Below, piece by piece: positions 36,200-46,895 of a DNA stretch of 64,000 bases. The translations under genes were made by a program, and so were the position numbers. The notes below the pieces were generated by a model. That model was not told the DNA's origin, did not search any database, and was given only the letters and a program-made list of their open reading frames with translations. This DNA is from an uncultured Verrucomicrobiae bacterium (GTDB taxonomy: Bacteria > Verrucomicrobiota > Verrucomicrobiia > Limisphaerales > Palsa-1400): positions 1,984,001 through 2,048,000 of the forward strand of contig OY969763.1 in NCBI GenBank assembly GCA_963702845.1. The letters run 5' to 3'. Position 1 is the stretch's first letter. Each line of letters begins with the position of its first letter.

Positions 36200-37561
36200 T
36201 TATCCGCCCATTTTTCGGCACTGCTCATCAATCAACCCGATAGCCTTCTCAATCACATCTTGCGTGATGTTTAAGGCTGGACGCAAACGAATGGAGCGTT
36301 CGCCGCAGCGCAGGACCAACAGACCGACTTCGTACGCCCCGGTCCAGAAACGATTTCGCATTTCGGCAGTTGGCATCGTGAAGGACACCAATAAGCCACG
36401 GCTGCGAATCGCTTGAATCATGGGATGCTTTTTCGCGAGCCGCTGTAGTTCGCTGGTGAAAAAGTCGCCCATCTTGCGCGCGTTCTCCGGCAAATTTTCA
36501 CGTTCGTAAATGTGAAGGAAATGCGTCGAGCGGACGTAGTCGCAGAAATTGCCGCCCCAAGTGGAATTAATTCGACTCGGCGTGCGGAATACATTCTCCG
36601 GGACTTCGTCGAGACGAGGGCCGGCAATGATGCCGCATACCTGCGCTTTTTTGCCGAAGGCCATGATGTCCGGAGGCACATCGAAATGTTGCCAGCACCA
36701 ATGTTTGCCGGTCACGCCCATGCCGACTTGCACTTCGTCGTAAATCAACAAGATGTCACTTTCATCACAGATGTCGCGCAGCTTCTGCAACCATTCGCGA
36801 CGGAAATGATTATCGCCGCCTTCGCCCTGGATGGGTTCAATAATGATCGCGGCGATGTCGTGACCTTTTTGTTTGATGACGTCGCGAATCTGCGCTTCGG
36901 CTTCTTTTTCCTTTTGCACGACGTTCGGAAGCTGTTCTGCTTCCGGCAAGGTATGGTCAATGCACGGGGTGAGAATACGCGGCCACGGGAACTTTGCGAA
37001 ATAATCAGTCTTGCGCGGATCGGTGTTCGTCAGACTCATCGTGTAACCGCTGCGACCATGGAACGCGCGCTGGAAATGGATGATCTCCGTGCCGCGTTCA
37101 CCTCGACCAGCTGCGATGCTTTTGCGAACTTTCCAATCCATCGCCGCCTTCAATGCGTTCTCGACTGCGAGCGCGCCACCGTCGATGAAAAAGTAACGGT
37201 TCAACGGCAGAGCAGGGACGACGCGCGCGAACGTATCGACGAACGTGGCAAATTGAACGGAGTAAACGTCGGCGCTGGCAACCTTGATCTTTGCTGCGTT
37301 GAGTAAATCAGCTTTGACGTCCGGGTTGTCGAAATGGGGATGATTGAATCCCACCGGCATGGACGCATAAAACGAATACATGTCGATGAATTCGCGGCCA
37401 GTCGGTGCGTCGACGAGAATTGATCCGTGGCTGCGCTCGAGGTCGATGACTATTTTGAAGCCGTCGACGAGAATATGTTGCTCGAGATGAGCTACTGCGT
37501 TTTGCGGAGTTATTTTATCCGCTTTGGCCGGAGGTCGATTTGTTTTGTGCGTGCTAATCAT
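36200..37561 (-). CDS. lat: L-lysine 6-transaminase
   Basis: HILVDG..DLERSHGS, GGALAVENALKAA, AFHGRSGYTMSLTNT, DEVQ, FGKK PLP lysine, SRINSTWGGN. Confidence 0.93.
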   Translation of the reverse strand: MISTHKTNRPPAKADKITPQNAVAHLEQHILVDGFKIVIDLERSHGSILVDAPTGREFIDMYSFYASMPVGFNHPHFDNPDVKADLLNAAKIKVASADVYSVQFATFVDTFARVVPALPLNRYFFIDGGALAVENALKAAMDWKVRKSIAAGRGERGTEIIHFQRAFHGRSGYTMSLTNTDPRKTDYFAKFPWPRILTPCIDHTLPEAEQLPNVVQKEKEAEAQIRDVIKQKGHDIAAIIIEPIQGEGGDNHFRREWLQKLRDICDESDILLIYDEVQVGMGVTGKHWCWQHFDVPPDIMAFGKKAQVCGIIAGPRLDEVPENVFRTPSRINSTWGGNFCDYVRSTHFLHIYERENLPENARKMGDFFTSELQRLAKKHPMIQAIRSRGLLVSFTMPTAEMRNRFWTGAYEVGLLVLRCGERSIRLRPALNITQDVIEKAIGLIDEQCRKMGG

Positions 37562-37691
37562 AAGGATCGGAAGATTCAACTTAGAATTGCACAACGAGCC
37601 TTTCAAGAAAATAGGGCGCAGCATGAATCGCTGAACCGCTCGGAGCGCGGACAATGATGTCGACGAGAGTACGAACGTGACGCGCGTTCCG

Positions 37692-39224
37692 CTAGACCAT
37701 TGCCGGTTCGGCGATCTTCTGCAGGTCGTCCGGTGTCTTTGCTGCATCAACAACCTGTGCAAAGGCGGCCAATTCTTCCGGCGTAAAGACGTTGAGCAAC
37801 GAAATTTTCAGTGGGCCACTGCTGCCTTGCAAGGTGACGTGGTCCCATTGCGCCGATACGACGTATTGCGAGAATTTCTGAATACACCGGCCACGGATGT
37901 ATGCGCGAGTCGTGCGCGGCGGTTCGGCAATTGCGCGTCGCACCAAACCTTCGTCCGGAATACCTTGCATCTGGCCGGCTTGTTCGAGCGCATAGTAAAG
38001 GCCCTGGTCTCGATCGAGGCGATGATATTCCAAGTCCAGACTTTGCAACCACGGATCCGTTGGACTCAGGTTTTGCGAGCTCTGAAATTGGCGAACGAGC
38101 GCAAGTTTTGCAACCCAATCGAGGCGATCCTTGCAGCGCATGGGATCGGCTTCAAGGTCTGTTAAAACTTTGTTCCAATCTGCGACCATTTTTATTTTCG
38201 CCGGATCGGTCAGATCACACAAATCGTTGACCGCATCCCAGTATTCGCGCTGAATCTGTAATGCGTTGGTGCAGCGATTATCATGCAGGCGCACTTCCCA
38301 TTGGAATTTCGAATCGCGCGAGATGCTCATCAACGATTGCAGGGGCTCGCTGAGGATTGGATAAACTCGCTTTGGATTACGCGCCAATGCTTCGAGAACC
38401 AGCGCGGTTGTTCCAATCTTCAGACGTGTCGCAAAAGGTGACATGTTGGCGTCGCCAAGAATGACGTGGAACCGACGGAAAAGAGTCGGATTGGCGTGTG
38501 GTTCATCACGCGTATTTACGATCGGACGCCGCTGCATTGTGTCGACGCTCTGCAGCTCGCTGAAGAAATCGCTTCGCTGCGAGATTTGGAATCCGGGCGC
38601 TAAGAATTTGTCTTCTTCCTCATAGGCAAACTTTCCAGCGCCGGCGATGATTTGCCGCGTTACGAGAAATGCCTGGATACCGCGAGCGAGTTTTTCCCAC
38701 GGCAAAGCCCGGGGAAGTAAATAATTCTCGTGGCAACCATAGCTGTGGCCGCGAAAATCAGTGTTGTTCTTATACAGCCTGACGGCAGACCCACGTTCTT
38801 CGGAGAGCTTTTGTCCGCAACGCATCAGGATGCGTTCACCGGCACGGTCATGGGCGACGAGTTCGTCGACGCTATTGCATTCCGGTGTGCAATATTCCGG
38901 ATGCGCATGGTCGTTGTAATAGCGGGCGCCGTTGCCGAGAACCAGGTCGCTCTTTATTTCCACGAACGTCAGCTCACGCTGCGCGTCCTGGGCGAAATAA
39001 TAGGTCTCGTCAACGTCCTGCCGTAATTCCTCCACGTGAAACCCACGCATATCTGCGTGAGGATCCTCACAATCGTAATCCCACCGCATGAGCACACCGG
39101 ACTTGGTTGCACTGCGCACCAACGCCATTGATTCGGCGACAACGTCTAAATTGTCCTCGTTGTCCCGTGCGATCCCGATTTCGGTTTCAGTCCCAAATTG
39201 GATTATCATTTTCTCTCTCTGCAT
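37692..39224 (-). CDS. dop: Dop/PafA2-family depupylase/deamidase-like protein
   Basis: GTETEIGI, NGARYYNDHAHPEYCTPEC, KNNTD..SYGCHENY, RPIVNTRDEPHA, RFHVILGDAN, DLEYH. Confidence 0.85.
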   Translation of the reverse strand: MQREKMIIQFGTETEIGIARDNEDNLDVVAESMALVRSATKSGVLMRWDYDCEDPHADMRGFHVEELRQDVDETYYFAQDAQRELTFVEIKSDLVLGNGARYYNDHAHPEYCTPECNSVDELVAHDRAGERILMRCGQKLSEERGSAVRLYKNNTDFRGHSYGCHENYLLPRALPWEKLARGIQAFLVTRQIIAGAGKFAYEEEDKFLAPGFQISQRSDFFSELQSVDTMQRRPIVNTRDEPHANPTLFRRFHVILGDANMSPFATRLKIGTTALVLEALARNPKRVYPILSEPLQSLMSISRDSKFQWEVRLHDNRCTNALQIQREYWDAVNDLCDLTDPAKIKMVADWNKVLTDLEADPMRCKDRLDWVAKLALVRQFQSSQNLSPTDPWLQSLDLEYHRLDRDQGLYYALEQAGQMQGIPDEGLVRRAIAEPPRTTRAYIRGRCIQKFSQYVVSAQWDHVTLQGSSGPLKISLLNVFTPEELAAFAQVVDAAKTPDDLQKIAEPAMV

Positions 39225-39360
39225 AGGACTCCCTCAATCGCTCTCACGTTCATTATATTCGCATTACTTGTGCCACACTGCGCGTTGGCGCGCTGCGGCA
39301 ACACTTCTTGCGATCACGAACCTGGAATATTTTCTAGCGTGCACGGTCTCCTTAAAATGT

Positions 39361-41070
39361 TCAGATGATTCCGGTGCCGAGCTCATCCTTTTTGAGGGGA
39401 CGAATCGGTCCGAGTCGAATCACGTTGTCGGGATCAAAATCTGTCAGCTTCAACCAATCTTCGGTGATGTCCGTCGGCGGGAAGAGATCGTTCTCGCTGT
39501 ATTCCTTCTTCATCGCGAGGATCAGGTCGTCGCGCGTAATCGTCGTGTCCTGTTTGGTCTCGATTGCGCGTTTGATCGCGAGACTCTTGGCACGTTCGAC
39601 AACCGCGGCAATGATCGCGCCGCTGGCGAGATCGCCACGATAGAGGAAGTCTTTTCTGCCACTGCGATAAACAATCTCCAGAAATTGATTTTCTGCGTTA
39701 TGTGAATAATGCGCTTCTGTAATTACCTTAGCCAACTCTTCGCGAGGTTCGGCCAATGGCAAGGTGTCCTTGAGATAAATCTCGTAAATCTTCTGCGCGC
39801 CTTCTTTGTTTGGGCGGTTGACCTTGATCTTTCGATCAATACGGCCCGGGCGCAGGATTGCGGGATCGATCAGATCAGCGCGGTTGGACGCGAGGATGAC
39901 CACCACGTTGGTGAGCGGTTCGATGCCGTCCATTTCCGTGCAGAACATCGGCACGACGGTGCTAAGTATATTGTTATACCGACCGGCGCGCCGTGTTCCT
40001 AGAATCGATTCAGCTTCGTCGATGAAAAGGAAGGCCAGATGGCCATCGGCCGCGCGTTCGCGACACTGAGCAAACAGGTCACGAACCTGACGCTCCGATT
40101 CACCGACCCACATGTTTAAAATTTCAGGGCCTTTGACGTGGAGGAAGAACTCAGGCCGATCAATGCCGGTTTCTGTCTTGATTTGTTGGCGCAGATTGAA
40201 CGCGGTGGCTTTGCCGAGCAGCGTCTTGCCACAGCCGGGAGGCCCGTGTAAGAGGAAGCCTTTTGGCACCGTGTGTTCAAACTTTTTGAACAAGGCGCGA
40301 TGCAAGAACGGCATTTCGATGGTGTCGCGAATTGCCTGAACGGCTTCGTCCTGTCCACCAATGGAAGACCACGGAATTTCGTTCACCGTTTCAAGGGCGC
40401 GTTCGATGCGTTTGCCAATGCCGATCACTTCGAGAGCAACGCGTTGGTTGGCGTCGAGGCGAATTTCCATGCCGGGCTTGAGCTTTTCCTTGGCGAGCAA
40501 CGAAGAACGGAGCAACACCGAACTGATCAAACCGGATTCCTGGCCGATGCGCAGACGTCCGCCAGAAAGTAGTTCATCAATGCGGACAATGGGACCGTTG
40601 CGCTCAAAGCCAAGCCCTTGCACGACGGCGAACGCTTCATTCAACAAGACGCGTTGGCCGACTTGCAAACTGGACAGCGGAATTTGCGGGTCGATGCGAC
40701 AGACGTAATCCGTGCCACCTACGCAGACGTGCGCTTTGTCGGGCTCGATGGGCATAAGAAATGTGCCGACTCGAAAAGCGGGTGAACGCAATTTTTCTAT
40801 GATGGCGTCCATTTTCTCGATGGTCTGGCGCGCCTGGTCGTTTACCTCTTCGATGTCCGCAACGCGGTCGCGGAGGTAAATCATGTCCATGATGGAACTG
40901 TGGCGCGGCGGCAACTTGCCAACGATCATGTCAACGAGCTGCAACGCAGATAACTGATCCATCTGGTCGCGGCTGAGGACATCGGGCGAACTCAAGGGAC
41001 TATCGGAACTTTCGCTGGGGGACTTCTGGCCGGAAGCGGAACCTGCCGGCCTCTTCTTCGATTCTGCCAT
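39361..41070 (-). CDS. arc: Proteasome-associated AAA ATPase (ARC/Mpa family)
   Basis: Coiled coil, GQRVLLNEA OB region, GPPGCGKT, KGPEILNMWVGESERQVR, DPAILRPGRID, ENDLFP; adjacent to dop. Confidence 0.92.
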   Translation of the reverse strand: MAESKKRPAGSASGQKSPSESSDSPLSSPDVLSRDQMDQLSALQLVDMIVGKLPPRHSSIMDMIYLRDRVADIEEVNDQARQTIEKMDAIIEKLRSPAFRVGTFLMPIEPDKAHVCVGGTDYVCRIDPQIPLSSLQVGQRVLLNEAFAVVQGLGFERNGPIVRIDELLSGGRLRIGQESGLISSVLLRSSLLAKEKLKPGMEIRLDANQRVALEVIGIGKRIERALETVNEIPWSSIGGQDEAVQAIRDTIEMPFLHRALFKKFEHTVPKGFLLHGPPGCGKTLLGKATAFNLRQQIKTETGIDRPEFFLHVKGPEILNMWVGESERQVRDLFAQCRERAADGHLAFLFIDEAESILGTRRAGRYNNILSTVVPMFCTEMDGIEPLTNVVVILASNRADLIDPAILRPGRIDRKIKVNRPNKEGAQKIYEIYLKDTLPLAEPREELAKVITEAHYSHNAENQFLEIVYRSGRKDFLYRGDLASGAIIAAVVERAKSLAIKRAIETKQDTTITRDDLILAMKKEYSENDLFPPTDITEDWLKLTDFDPDNVIRLGPIRPLKKDELGTGII

Positions 41071-41208
41071 GTTAGTAAGGTATCCCTTTGAAAAAACTTT
41101 TTCAAATGGCAGCGGCCTTTTTACGAAAATATTTCCGGGCGAAACCGGCTGATTATCCTGTCAAAGTTTTGTGCATGTGTTACCTTTATCAGTCTTCCCC
41201 CGTGACGA

Positions 41209-42237
41209 ATGAAACCTCTCCTCGAAATCACTGAGCGTGGACTCCATTGTTCAACCGGTGGTTTTTTCGTGGATCCATGGGGGCCGGTGGACTGCGCCGT
41301 CATTACACACGCACACAGCGATCATGCCCGGTGGGGCTCTCGGATTTATCTAACCGCCGAGCCTGGACGAGAGATTTTGCGCCGGCGATTGGGGTCGAAC
41401 GTCATCATCGAAACACTTGGTTACGGGCAAGTGACTACACGGAATGGCGTGAAGGTGTCGCTGCACCCGACTGGACACATATTGGGTTCTGCTCAGGTGC
41501 GTATCGAATATCAAGGCGAAGTGTGGGTTGTCAGCGGCGATTACAAAACTGAGGACGACGGAATGATCGCATCGTTTGAGCCGATCCGATGCAACACGTT
41601 CATCACGGAGTCAACATTTGGCCTTCCCATTTACCGGTGGCGACCGCAGGCGGAAATTTATTCGGATATAAATGAGTGGTGGCGCACCAATCAATCGCAC
41701 CGTCGCACGAGCGTCATTTTTGGTTATTCGCTCGGCAAAGCACAGCGTATTCTAGCGGGATTGAATGGCAGCATCGGGCCGATCTACGTGCACGGAGCTA
41801 TCGCTGCATTTCTTCCAGCTTACGAAGCGGCTGGGGTTCGCTTTCCAAATGTCGAACTCGCTCTCGGTTCAAAGATTCGTTCTGAACAAGGACAGGCGAT
41901 TATTCTCGCGCCTCCTTCAGCGGACAACACGCCCTGGCTTCGAAAGTTCGGGGATGTTTCCACCGCATTTGCTTCGGGGTGGATGCAGGTTCGTGGAACG
42001 CGGCGCAGGCGCTCTCTCGACCGTGGTTTTGTTCTGTCCGATCACGCGGATTGGGAAGGCTTGATTGCGAGCATTCGGGCGACCGGTGCCGAGCGGATAC
42101 TCGTGACGCACGGGTATGCCGATGTTCTCGCGCGTTGGCTGCGCGAAAACGGGTGGCAGGCAGAAGCCGTTCGAACGAAGTTTACGAGTGAAGTGGAGGA
42201 AGATGTGGAAGAGTTGCCACCAATCGAATCGGCGTGA
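41209..42237 (+). CDS. Ligase-associated DNA damage response exonuclease (metallo-beta-lactamase fold)
   Basis: ITHAHSDH, GHILGSAQ, ITESTFGLP, YSLGKAQR, LSDHADW. Confidence 0.92.
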   Translation: MKPLLEITERGLHCSTGGFFVDPWGPVDCAVITHAHSDHARWGSRIYLTAEPGREILRRRLGSNVIIETLGYGQVTTRNGVKVSLHPTGHILGSAQVRIEYQGEVWVVSGDYKTEDDGMIASFEPIRCNTFITESTFGLPIYRWRPQAEIYSDINEWWRTNQSHRRTSVIFGYSLGKAQRILAGLNGSIGPIYVHGAIAAFLPAYEAAGVRFPNVELALGSKIRSEQGQAIILAPPSADNTPWLRKFGDVSTAFASGWMQVRGTRRRRSLDRGFVLSDHADWEGLIASIRATGAERILVTHGYADVLARWLRENGWQAEAVRTKFTSEVEEDVEELPPIESA

Positions 42238-43835
42238 AACGCTTCACCCAATTATATTGCGAGTTGGACCAGACGACGCGGACGAACGATAAACTTGCCG
42301 TGTTGGAGCGCTATTTTTCTGAAGCCCCGCCCGAAGATGCCGCGTGGGCGCTCCACTTTCTCGCCGGGCGCAAAGTTCCAAGCATTGTTTCCAGCCGACT
42401 GCTCGGCCAATGGGTCGCTGAGGAAACGAAACTGCCGGATTGGCTTATTGGTGAATGTTACGACGCAGTAGGGGATCTTGCCGAAACTCTCTCTTTGCTC
42501 CTGCCCACGACCAATATCGACACGCATCTGCCGTCGCTCCATCAATTGGTGGAGAATAGAGTGCTGGACTTGCACAAGATGCCCGAAGAATGGCGGCGCG
42601 AAGTGCTCGTCAAAACTTGGCGCGAGCTCAATTCGAACGAACGATTTCTTTTCAACAAACTTATCACTGGCGCATTTCGGGTTGGTGTTGCTCGGACGTT
42701 GGTTGTTCGCGCTTTGGCGAACGTCGCGAAGGTTTCGCCCGCCGTTATGGCGCATCGAATCATGGGAAGTTGGAAACCAACGACGGAAGATTTCCAACAA
42801 CTGCTGCGACCACAGCAAACCGACCAGAAAGAACCCGGCCAACCTTACCCATTTTATTTAGCGTCGCCGTTGCAAGATCCACCCGAGTCGCTGGGCAACG
42901 TTGCCGATTGGTTGGCGGAATGGAAATGGGACGGCATTCGCGCGCAGCTCATCCGACGGCAGGGCCAAATTATTTTGTGGTCGCGCGGTGAAGAGATGGT
43001 GGCTGAGCGATTTCCCGAGTTGGTCGAAGCTGCCAGATGCCTGCGCGACGGCACGGTGCTCGATGGCGAGATTCTCGCGTGGCGTGACGAATTGCCACTT
43101 CGGTTCGGTGTCTTGCAACATCGCATTGGACGAAAAGATGTAAGCGCAAACATTCGCGAAGAGGCTCCGGTCGTGTTTCAAGCGTTCGATGTTTTGGAAT
43201 GGAACGGCGAAGACATTCGCGAGAAACCGTTGTCCGAGCGCAGGGCGATTCTCGAGTCACTCTTCCAAGATATTTCCCGCGGATTGCCATTCCGGCTTTC
43301 GCAGCGAATCGATGCACGTTCTTGGGAAGATCTGGCAACCTTGCAATCTCAAGCGCGCGCGCGAGCGGTCGAGGGCATTATGCTAAAGCGTTGGTCTTCA
43401 CCATACCAGGTCGGCCGGCCACGTGGCGATTGGTGGAAGTGGAAGATTGATCCATACCTGATCGACGCCGTGTTGATCTATGCGCAACCAGGTTCAGGCC
43501 GCCGTGCCAGCCTCTTCACGGATTACACGTTTGGTGTGTGGGATAATGGTCAGTTGGTTCCGGTCGCCAAGGCGTATTCTGGATTGAGCGACGATGAAAT
43601 TCGACAAGTGGACGCATTCGTTCGGCGCAATACTTCTGAGAAGTTTGGGCCGGTTCGCATCGTTAAACCCGAACTGGTATTCGAGCTCGCTTTTGAAGCG
43701 CTCCAGGAATCGACGCGCCACAAAGCAGGAATCGCACTACGCTTTCCGCGAATCAACCGCTGGCGTCGTGACAAAAAAGCTGAAGACGCGGAAACGCTTC
43801 AAACGGTCCGCGATCTGCTGAAAGCCGCAAAGTAG
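42234..43835 (+). CDS. ATP-dependent DNA ligase
   Basis: EWKWDGIRAQ (KxDG), LDGEI, EGIMLK, WWKWK, LRFPRI. Confidence 0.95.
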   Translation: MKRFTQLYCELDQTTRTNDKLAVLERYFSEAPPEDAAWALHFLAGRKVPSIVSSRLLGQWVAEETKLPDWLIGECYDAVGDLAETLSLLLPTTNIDTHLPSLHQLVENRVLDLHKMPEEWRREVLVKTWRELNSNERFLFNKLITGAFRVGVARTLVVRALANVAKVSPAVMAHRIMGSWKPTTEDFQQLLRPQQTDQKEPGQPYPFYLASPLQDPPESLGNVADWLAEWKWDGIRAQLIRRQGQIILWSRGEEMVAERFPELVEAARCLRDGTVLDGEILAWRDELPLRFGVLQHRIGRKDVSANIREEAPVVFQAFDVLEWNGEDIREKPLSERRAILESLFQDISRGLPFRLSQRIDARSWEDLATLQSQARARAVEGIMLKRWSSPYQVGRPRGDWWKWKIDPYLIDAVLIYAQPGSGRRASLFTDYTFGVWDNGQLVPVAKAYSGLSDDEIRQVDAFVRRNTSEKFGPVRIVKPELVFELAFEALQESTRHKAGIALRFPRINRWRRDKKAEDAETLQTVRDLLKAAK

Positions 43836-43879
43836 CTGAGGTGCTTGCGCCGCAGCAACGAGTGCTGTGCTGCCGACCC

Positions 43880-45010
43880 TTAACCGACGATCTTCGACAG
43901 CAATTCGTCGTTGGTCTTGTGCTTCTTCAGCGCAGCGATCAACGTTTCCATCGCTTCGATCGGGTTCAAGTCCACCATCATGCGGCGCAACTTGCGGATC
44001 GAGTCGATATTCTTTGCCGCGAAAAGTTTTTCCTCTTTGCGCGTGCCGCTCTTCGGGATGTCGATTGCAGGGAACAAGCGACGTTCCGACAGCTTGCGGT
44101 CGAGGATCAATTCCATGTTACCCGTGCCTTTGAACTCCTGGAAAATGAGCTCGTCCATGCGGGAACCAGTGTCGACCAGCGCTGTGGCGATGATTGTCAG
44201 CGAACCGCCTTCTTCAATTTTGCGCGCGGATGCGAACATCTTGCGCGGAATTTCCAAAGCGCGCGCATCGACGCCGCCGGTCATGGTCCGACCGCTGCCG
44301 CCATGCACGCTGTTGTAAGCGCGAGCGACGCGAGTGATCGAATCCAGCAATACGAAAACGTCCTTGCCGCTTTCAACCATGCGACGGCAGCGCTCAATCA
44401 TGAAGCGCGATAAACGCACATGCGTTTCGAGATCCTGGTCGTTCGATGAAGCAACCACTTCGGCTTTCACCGAGCGTTGAAAATCAGTGACTTCTTCCGG
44501 GCGCTCGTCGATCAGCAGCACCATCACGTAAACTTCCGGATGGTTCGTCGACACGGCGTTGGCAATTTGCTTAAGAATCGTGGTCTTACCGGTGCGAGGC
44601 GGCGCAACAATCAAACCGCGCGTGCCTTTGCCGATGGGAGTGACCAGGTCGATAATGCGCGTTTCGAGCAAATCAGGTGACGTTTCCAGACTGATCTTCT
44701 CAATCGGATCAATCGTGGTGAGGTTCTCAAACCGCACCGACCGGGTATATTCGTCAAACGTCAGGCCGTTGACCTTTGCGACGGTGCGAAGCTGCGGGCT
44801 ATTACCGCGATGAGGCGGTTGGGTTTCACCCTCAACGAGGCACCCTTCGCGCAGGAAATTGCGCTTGATAGTATCCGGCGTGACAAAAATGTCGGAAGGC
44901 TTTGGATGATAGTTGTTTTCCTTTGTCCGCAAGAACCCGAAACCCTTTTCAGAAATTTCGAGAAAACCCGACCCGTAGTCGGTGACAGTGGCGCTAGGCG
45001 CTTGATTCAT
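43880..45010 (-). CDS. rho: Transcription termination factor Rho
   Basis: GFGFLR, PIGKGTRGLIVAPPRTGKT, LLIDERPEEVTD, LDSITR, EFKGTGNMEL. Confidence 0.97.
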   Translation of the reverse strand: MNQAPSATVTDYGSGFLEISEKGFGFLRTKENNYHPKPSDIFVTPDTIKRNFLREGCLVEGETQPPHRGNSPQLRTVAKVNGLTFDEYTRSVRFENLTTIDPIEKISLETSPDLLETRIIDLVTPIGKGTRGLIVAPPRTGKTTILKQIANAVSTNHPEVYVMVLLIDERPEEVTDFQRSVKAEVVASSNDQDLETHVRLSRFMIERCRRMVESGKDVFVLLDSITRVARAYNSVHGGSGRTMTGGVDARALEIPRKMFASARKIEEGGSLTIIATALVDTGSRMDELIFQEFKGTGNMELILDRKLSERRLFPAIDIPKSGTRKEEKLFAAKNIDSIRKLRRMMVDLNPIEAMETLIAALKKHKTNDELLSKIVG

Positions 45011-45273
45011 AATGTGTGTTTTAAAGAAGGCCTTCCTGAATGAACCCGAAAATCGTTCTTTTTAAGAAATAAAGAATTTTGGGAAAACCGTCTGCGCCAT
45101 CGAAAACCGATAACCTGCGCTATCCGGTCAGACCTTCAACTTAAGCATATTTACGATACGCCCAGCCGATTGCAACAGTTATTTTAGGGGCAAAACTGGT
45201 GACGTTTCGTAGGGGATTGTCGCAAAACATGCTGCACTTCAGGTCTATCTGTGCTTATCTCAACGCACCTGTG

Positions 45274-46503
45274 ATGCGAAGCATCCTCATTCTCATCGTT
45301 TGTGCGCAGATCGCTTCGGCTGCGGATTGGCCTCAGTGGCTTGGGCCGACCCACGATTGTCACGCCGCCGCAGGGTCGGCAGAGATCAATCGACTTTCAT
45401 CCGAACCCAAGGTGCTCTGGCGCAAATCAATCGGTGGCGGTTTCTCGTCGCCTGTAATTGCTGCCGGCAAAGTCGTTTACTTCGACGAAGATGACACCAA
45501 TGAAGTCGCTCACGCGATTGAAGCGAGCACCGGCAAAGAGATTTGGCGCACGCCGATCGGCGACGTTTACCGCGATGAATGGTCCGCCGGTCCGCGCAGC
45601 ACACCTATAATCGATGCCGACCGCGTCTACGTTCAGTCCTGCAAAGGCGAATTTCGTTGTCTCGAATTTTCAACCGGTCACGTGCAATGGGGTTTTAGCT
45701 TCGAACATGATTACGGGGTGAAATTCGTCGGCAGTCGCGCGCGCGAAGGCACCGCTGCACGCCGTGGTAACAACGGAACCGGCATTGTCGACGGCGACGC
45801 CGTGCTTGTCCCGGTTGGCAGCACCGATAACGCTACCATCGTCTGTTTCGACAAAAAGACCGGTAAACGATTATGGCGAAGCGGATCCGACGAAGCCGCC
45901 TATTCGTCACTTCAGGTCGCCATCATTGCTGGAGTTCGTCAGGTCATTTTGCTCGATGCCGATGCTCTCATCGGCGTTGCGCGAACAGACGGCAAACTTC
46001 TCTGGCGCGTACTGCTCCACACCGACGCCAAACGCCACGCCGCCACACCAGTGATCCACGGTGACACCGTCATCGTCAACTCCCACACCATCGGCCTAGT
46101 CGCCATCCGTATCCAAAAAACCGCTACCGGCTTCGAACCCAAACGTGAATGGACCAACCCGAGCCTACAGATCAATCTCTCAACCCCCGTTCTCGTCGAC
46201 GGCCATCTCTATTCCCAAGGTCCCTTGCGCAACTTCATTTGTGCCGACGCCCGCACTGGCAAACTGGAATGGGAAGCACCCGGTTTCGGCAAAGAAAATT
46301 CCTCGACCATTGCCATCGGCAAAAACCTCCTCACTCTGACCGACACCGGCGAACTCGTTCTGGTTGCCGCAAATCCAAACGCCTACAAAGAACTTGGCCG
46401 CCAACAAGTCTGCGGCAAAAACTGGAACTTCCCGGCCTATGCCGACGGTAAACTCTACGTCCGGGATTCGCGCGAGTTGCTCTGCTTGGACATAGGTAGG
46501 TAA
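45274..46503 (+). CDS. PQQ-like (BamB-like) beta-propeller secreted protein
   Basis: ADWPQWLGP, repeated TGKxxW motifs. Confidence 0.9.
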   Translation: MRSILILIVCAQIASAADWPQWLGPTHDCHAAAGSAEINRLSSEPKVLWRKSIGGGFSSPVIAAGKVVYFDEDDTNEVAHAIEASTGKEIWRTPIGDVYRDEWSAGPRSTPIIDADRVYVQSCKGEFRCLEFSTGHVQWGFSFEHDYGVKFVGSRAREGTAARRGNNGTGIVDGDAVLVPVGSTDNATIVCFDKKTGKRLWRSGSDEAAYSSLQVAIIAGVRQVILLDADALIGVARTDGKLLWRVLLHTDAKRHAATPVIHGDTVIVNSHTIGLVAIRIQKTATGFEPKREWTNPSLQINLSTPVLVDGHLYSQGPLRNFICADARTGKLEWEAPGFGKENSSTIAIGKNLLTLTDTGELVLVAANPNAYKELGRQQVCGKNWNFPAYADGKLYVRDSRELLCLDIGR

Positions 46504-46568
46504 TCTCAGGGTTGATTCGCGATAGGTCTGCGGTTGACAGACTTCTGCTCCTATCAGATTCTGCCTGT

Positions 46569-46880
46569 ATGGACCTCTTTGTTTCTTTGGCGCTCCTTCT
46601 CGCGCTGGCCGTTCTGTTTCTGGCGATGCAGCGCGAGCGGATCGCGGATGCAGTGGCTTACCGGAAAGCCGTGGCCTTCTTTATTGCGGCAATCGTTGTG
46701 CACAACCCGCTAATGGAAATCATCGGCATGATTCCGCGCAGCTTTTTTGCGGTATTCGCTGCATTCGCTCGCGTCATCGGTTACGTCCTTTTACTGATTA
46801 GTTTCTATGCCGTCTGTCGTTCGTGTGGTGCGCCGCTGAATCCTCCAGGTGAACAGCCAGCACCTCTTGTTGCGCGATAA
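46569..46880 (+). CDS. Small membrane protein
   Basis: Three hydrophobic segments. Confidence 0.55.
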   Translation: MDLFVSLALLLALAVLFLAMQRERIADAVAYRKAVAFFIAAIVVHNPLMEIIGMIPRSFFAVFAAFARVIGYVLLLISFYAVCRSCGAPLNPPGEQPAPLVAR

Positions 46881-46895
46881 TCTGAGACTTCCGAT

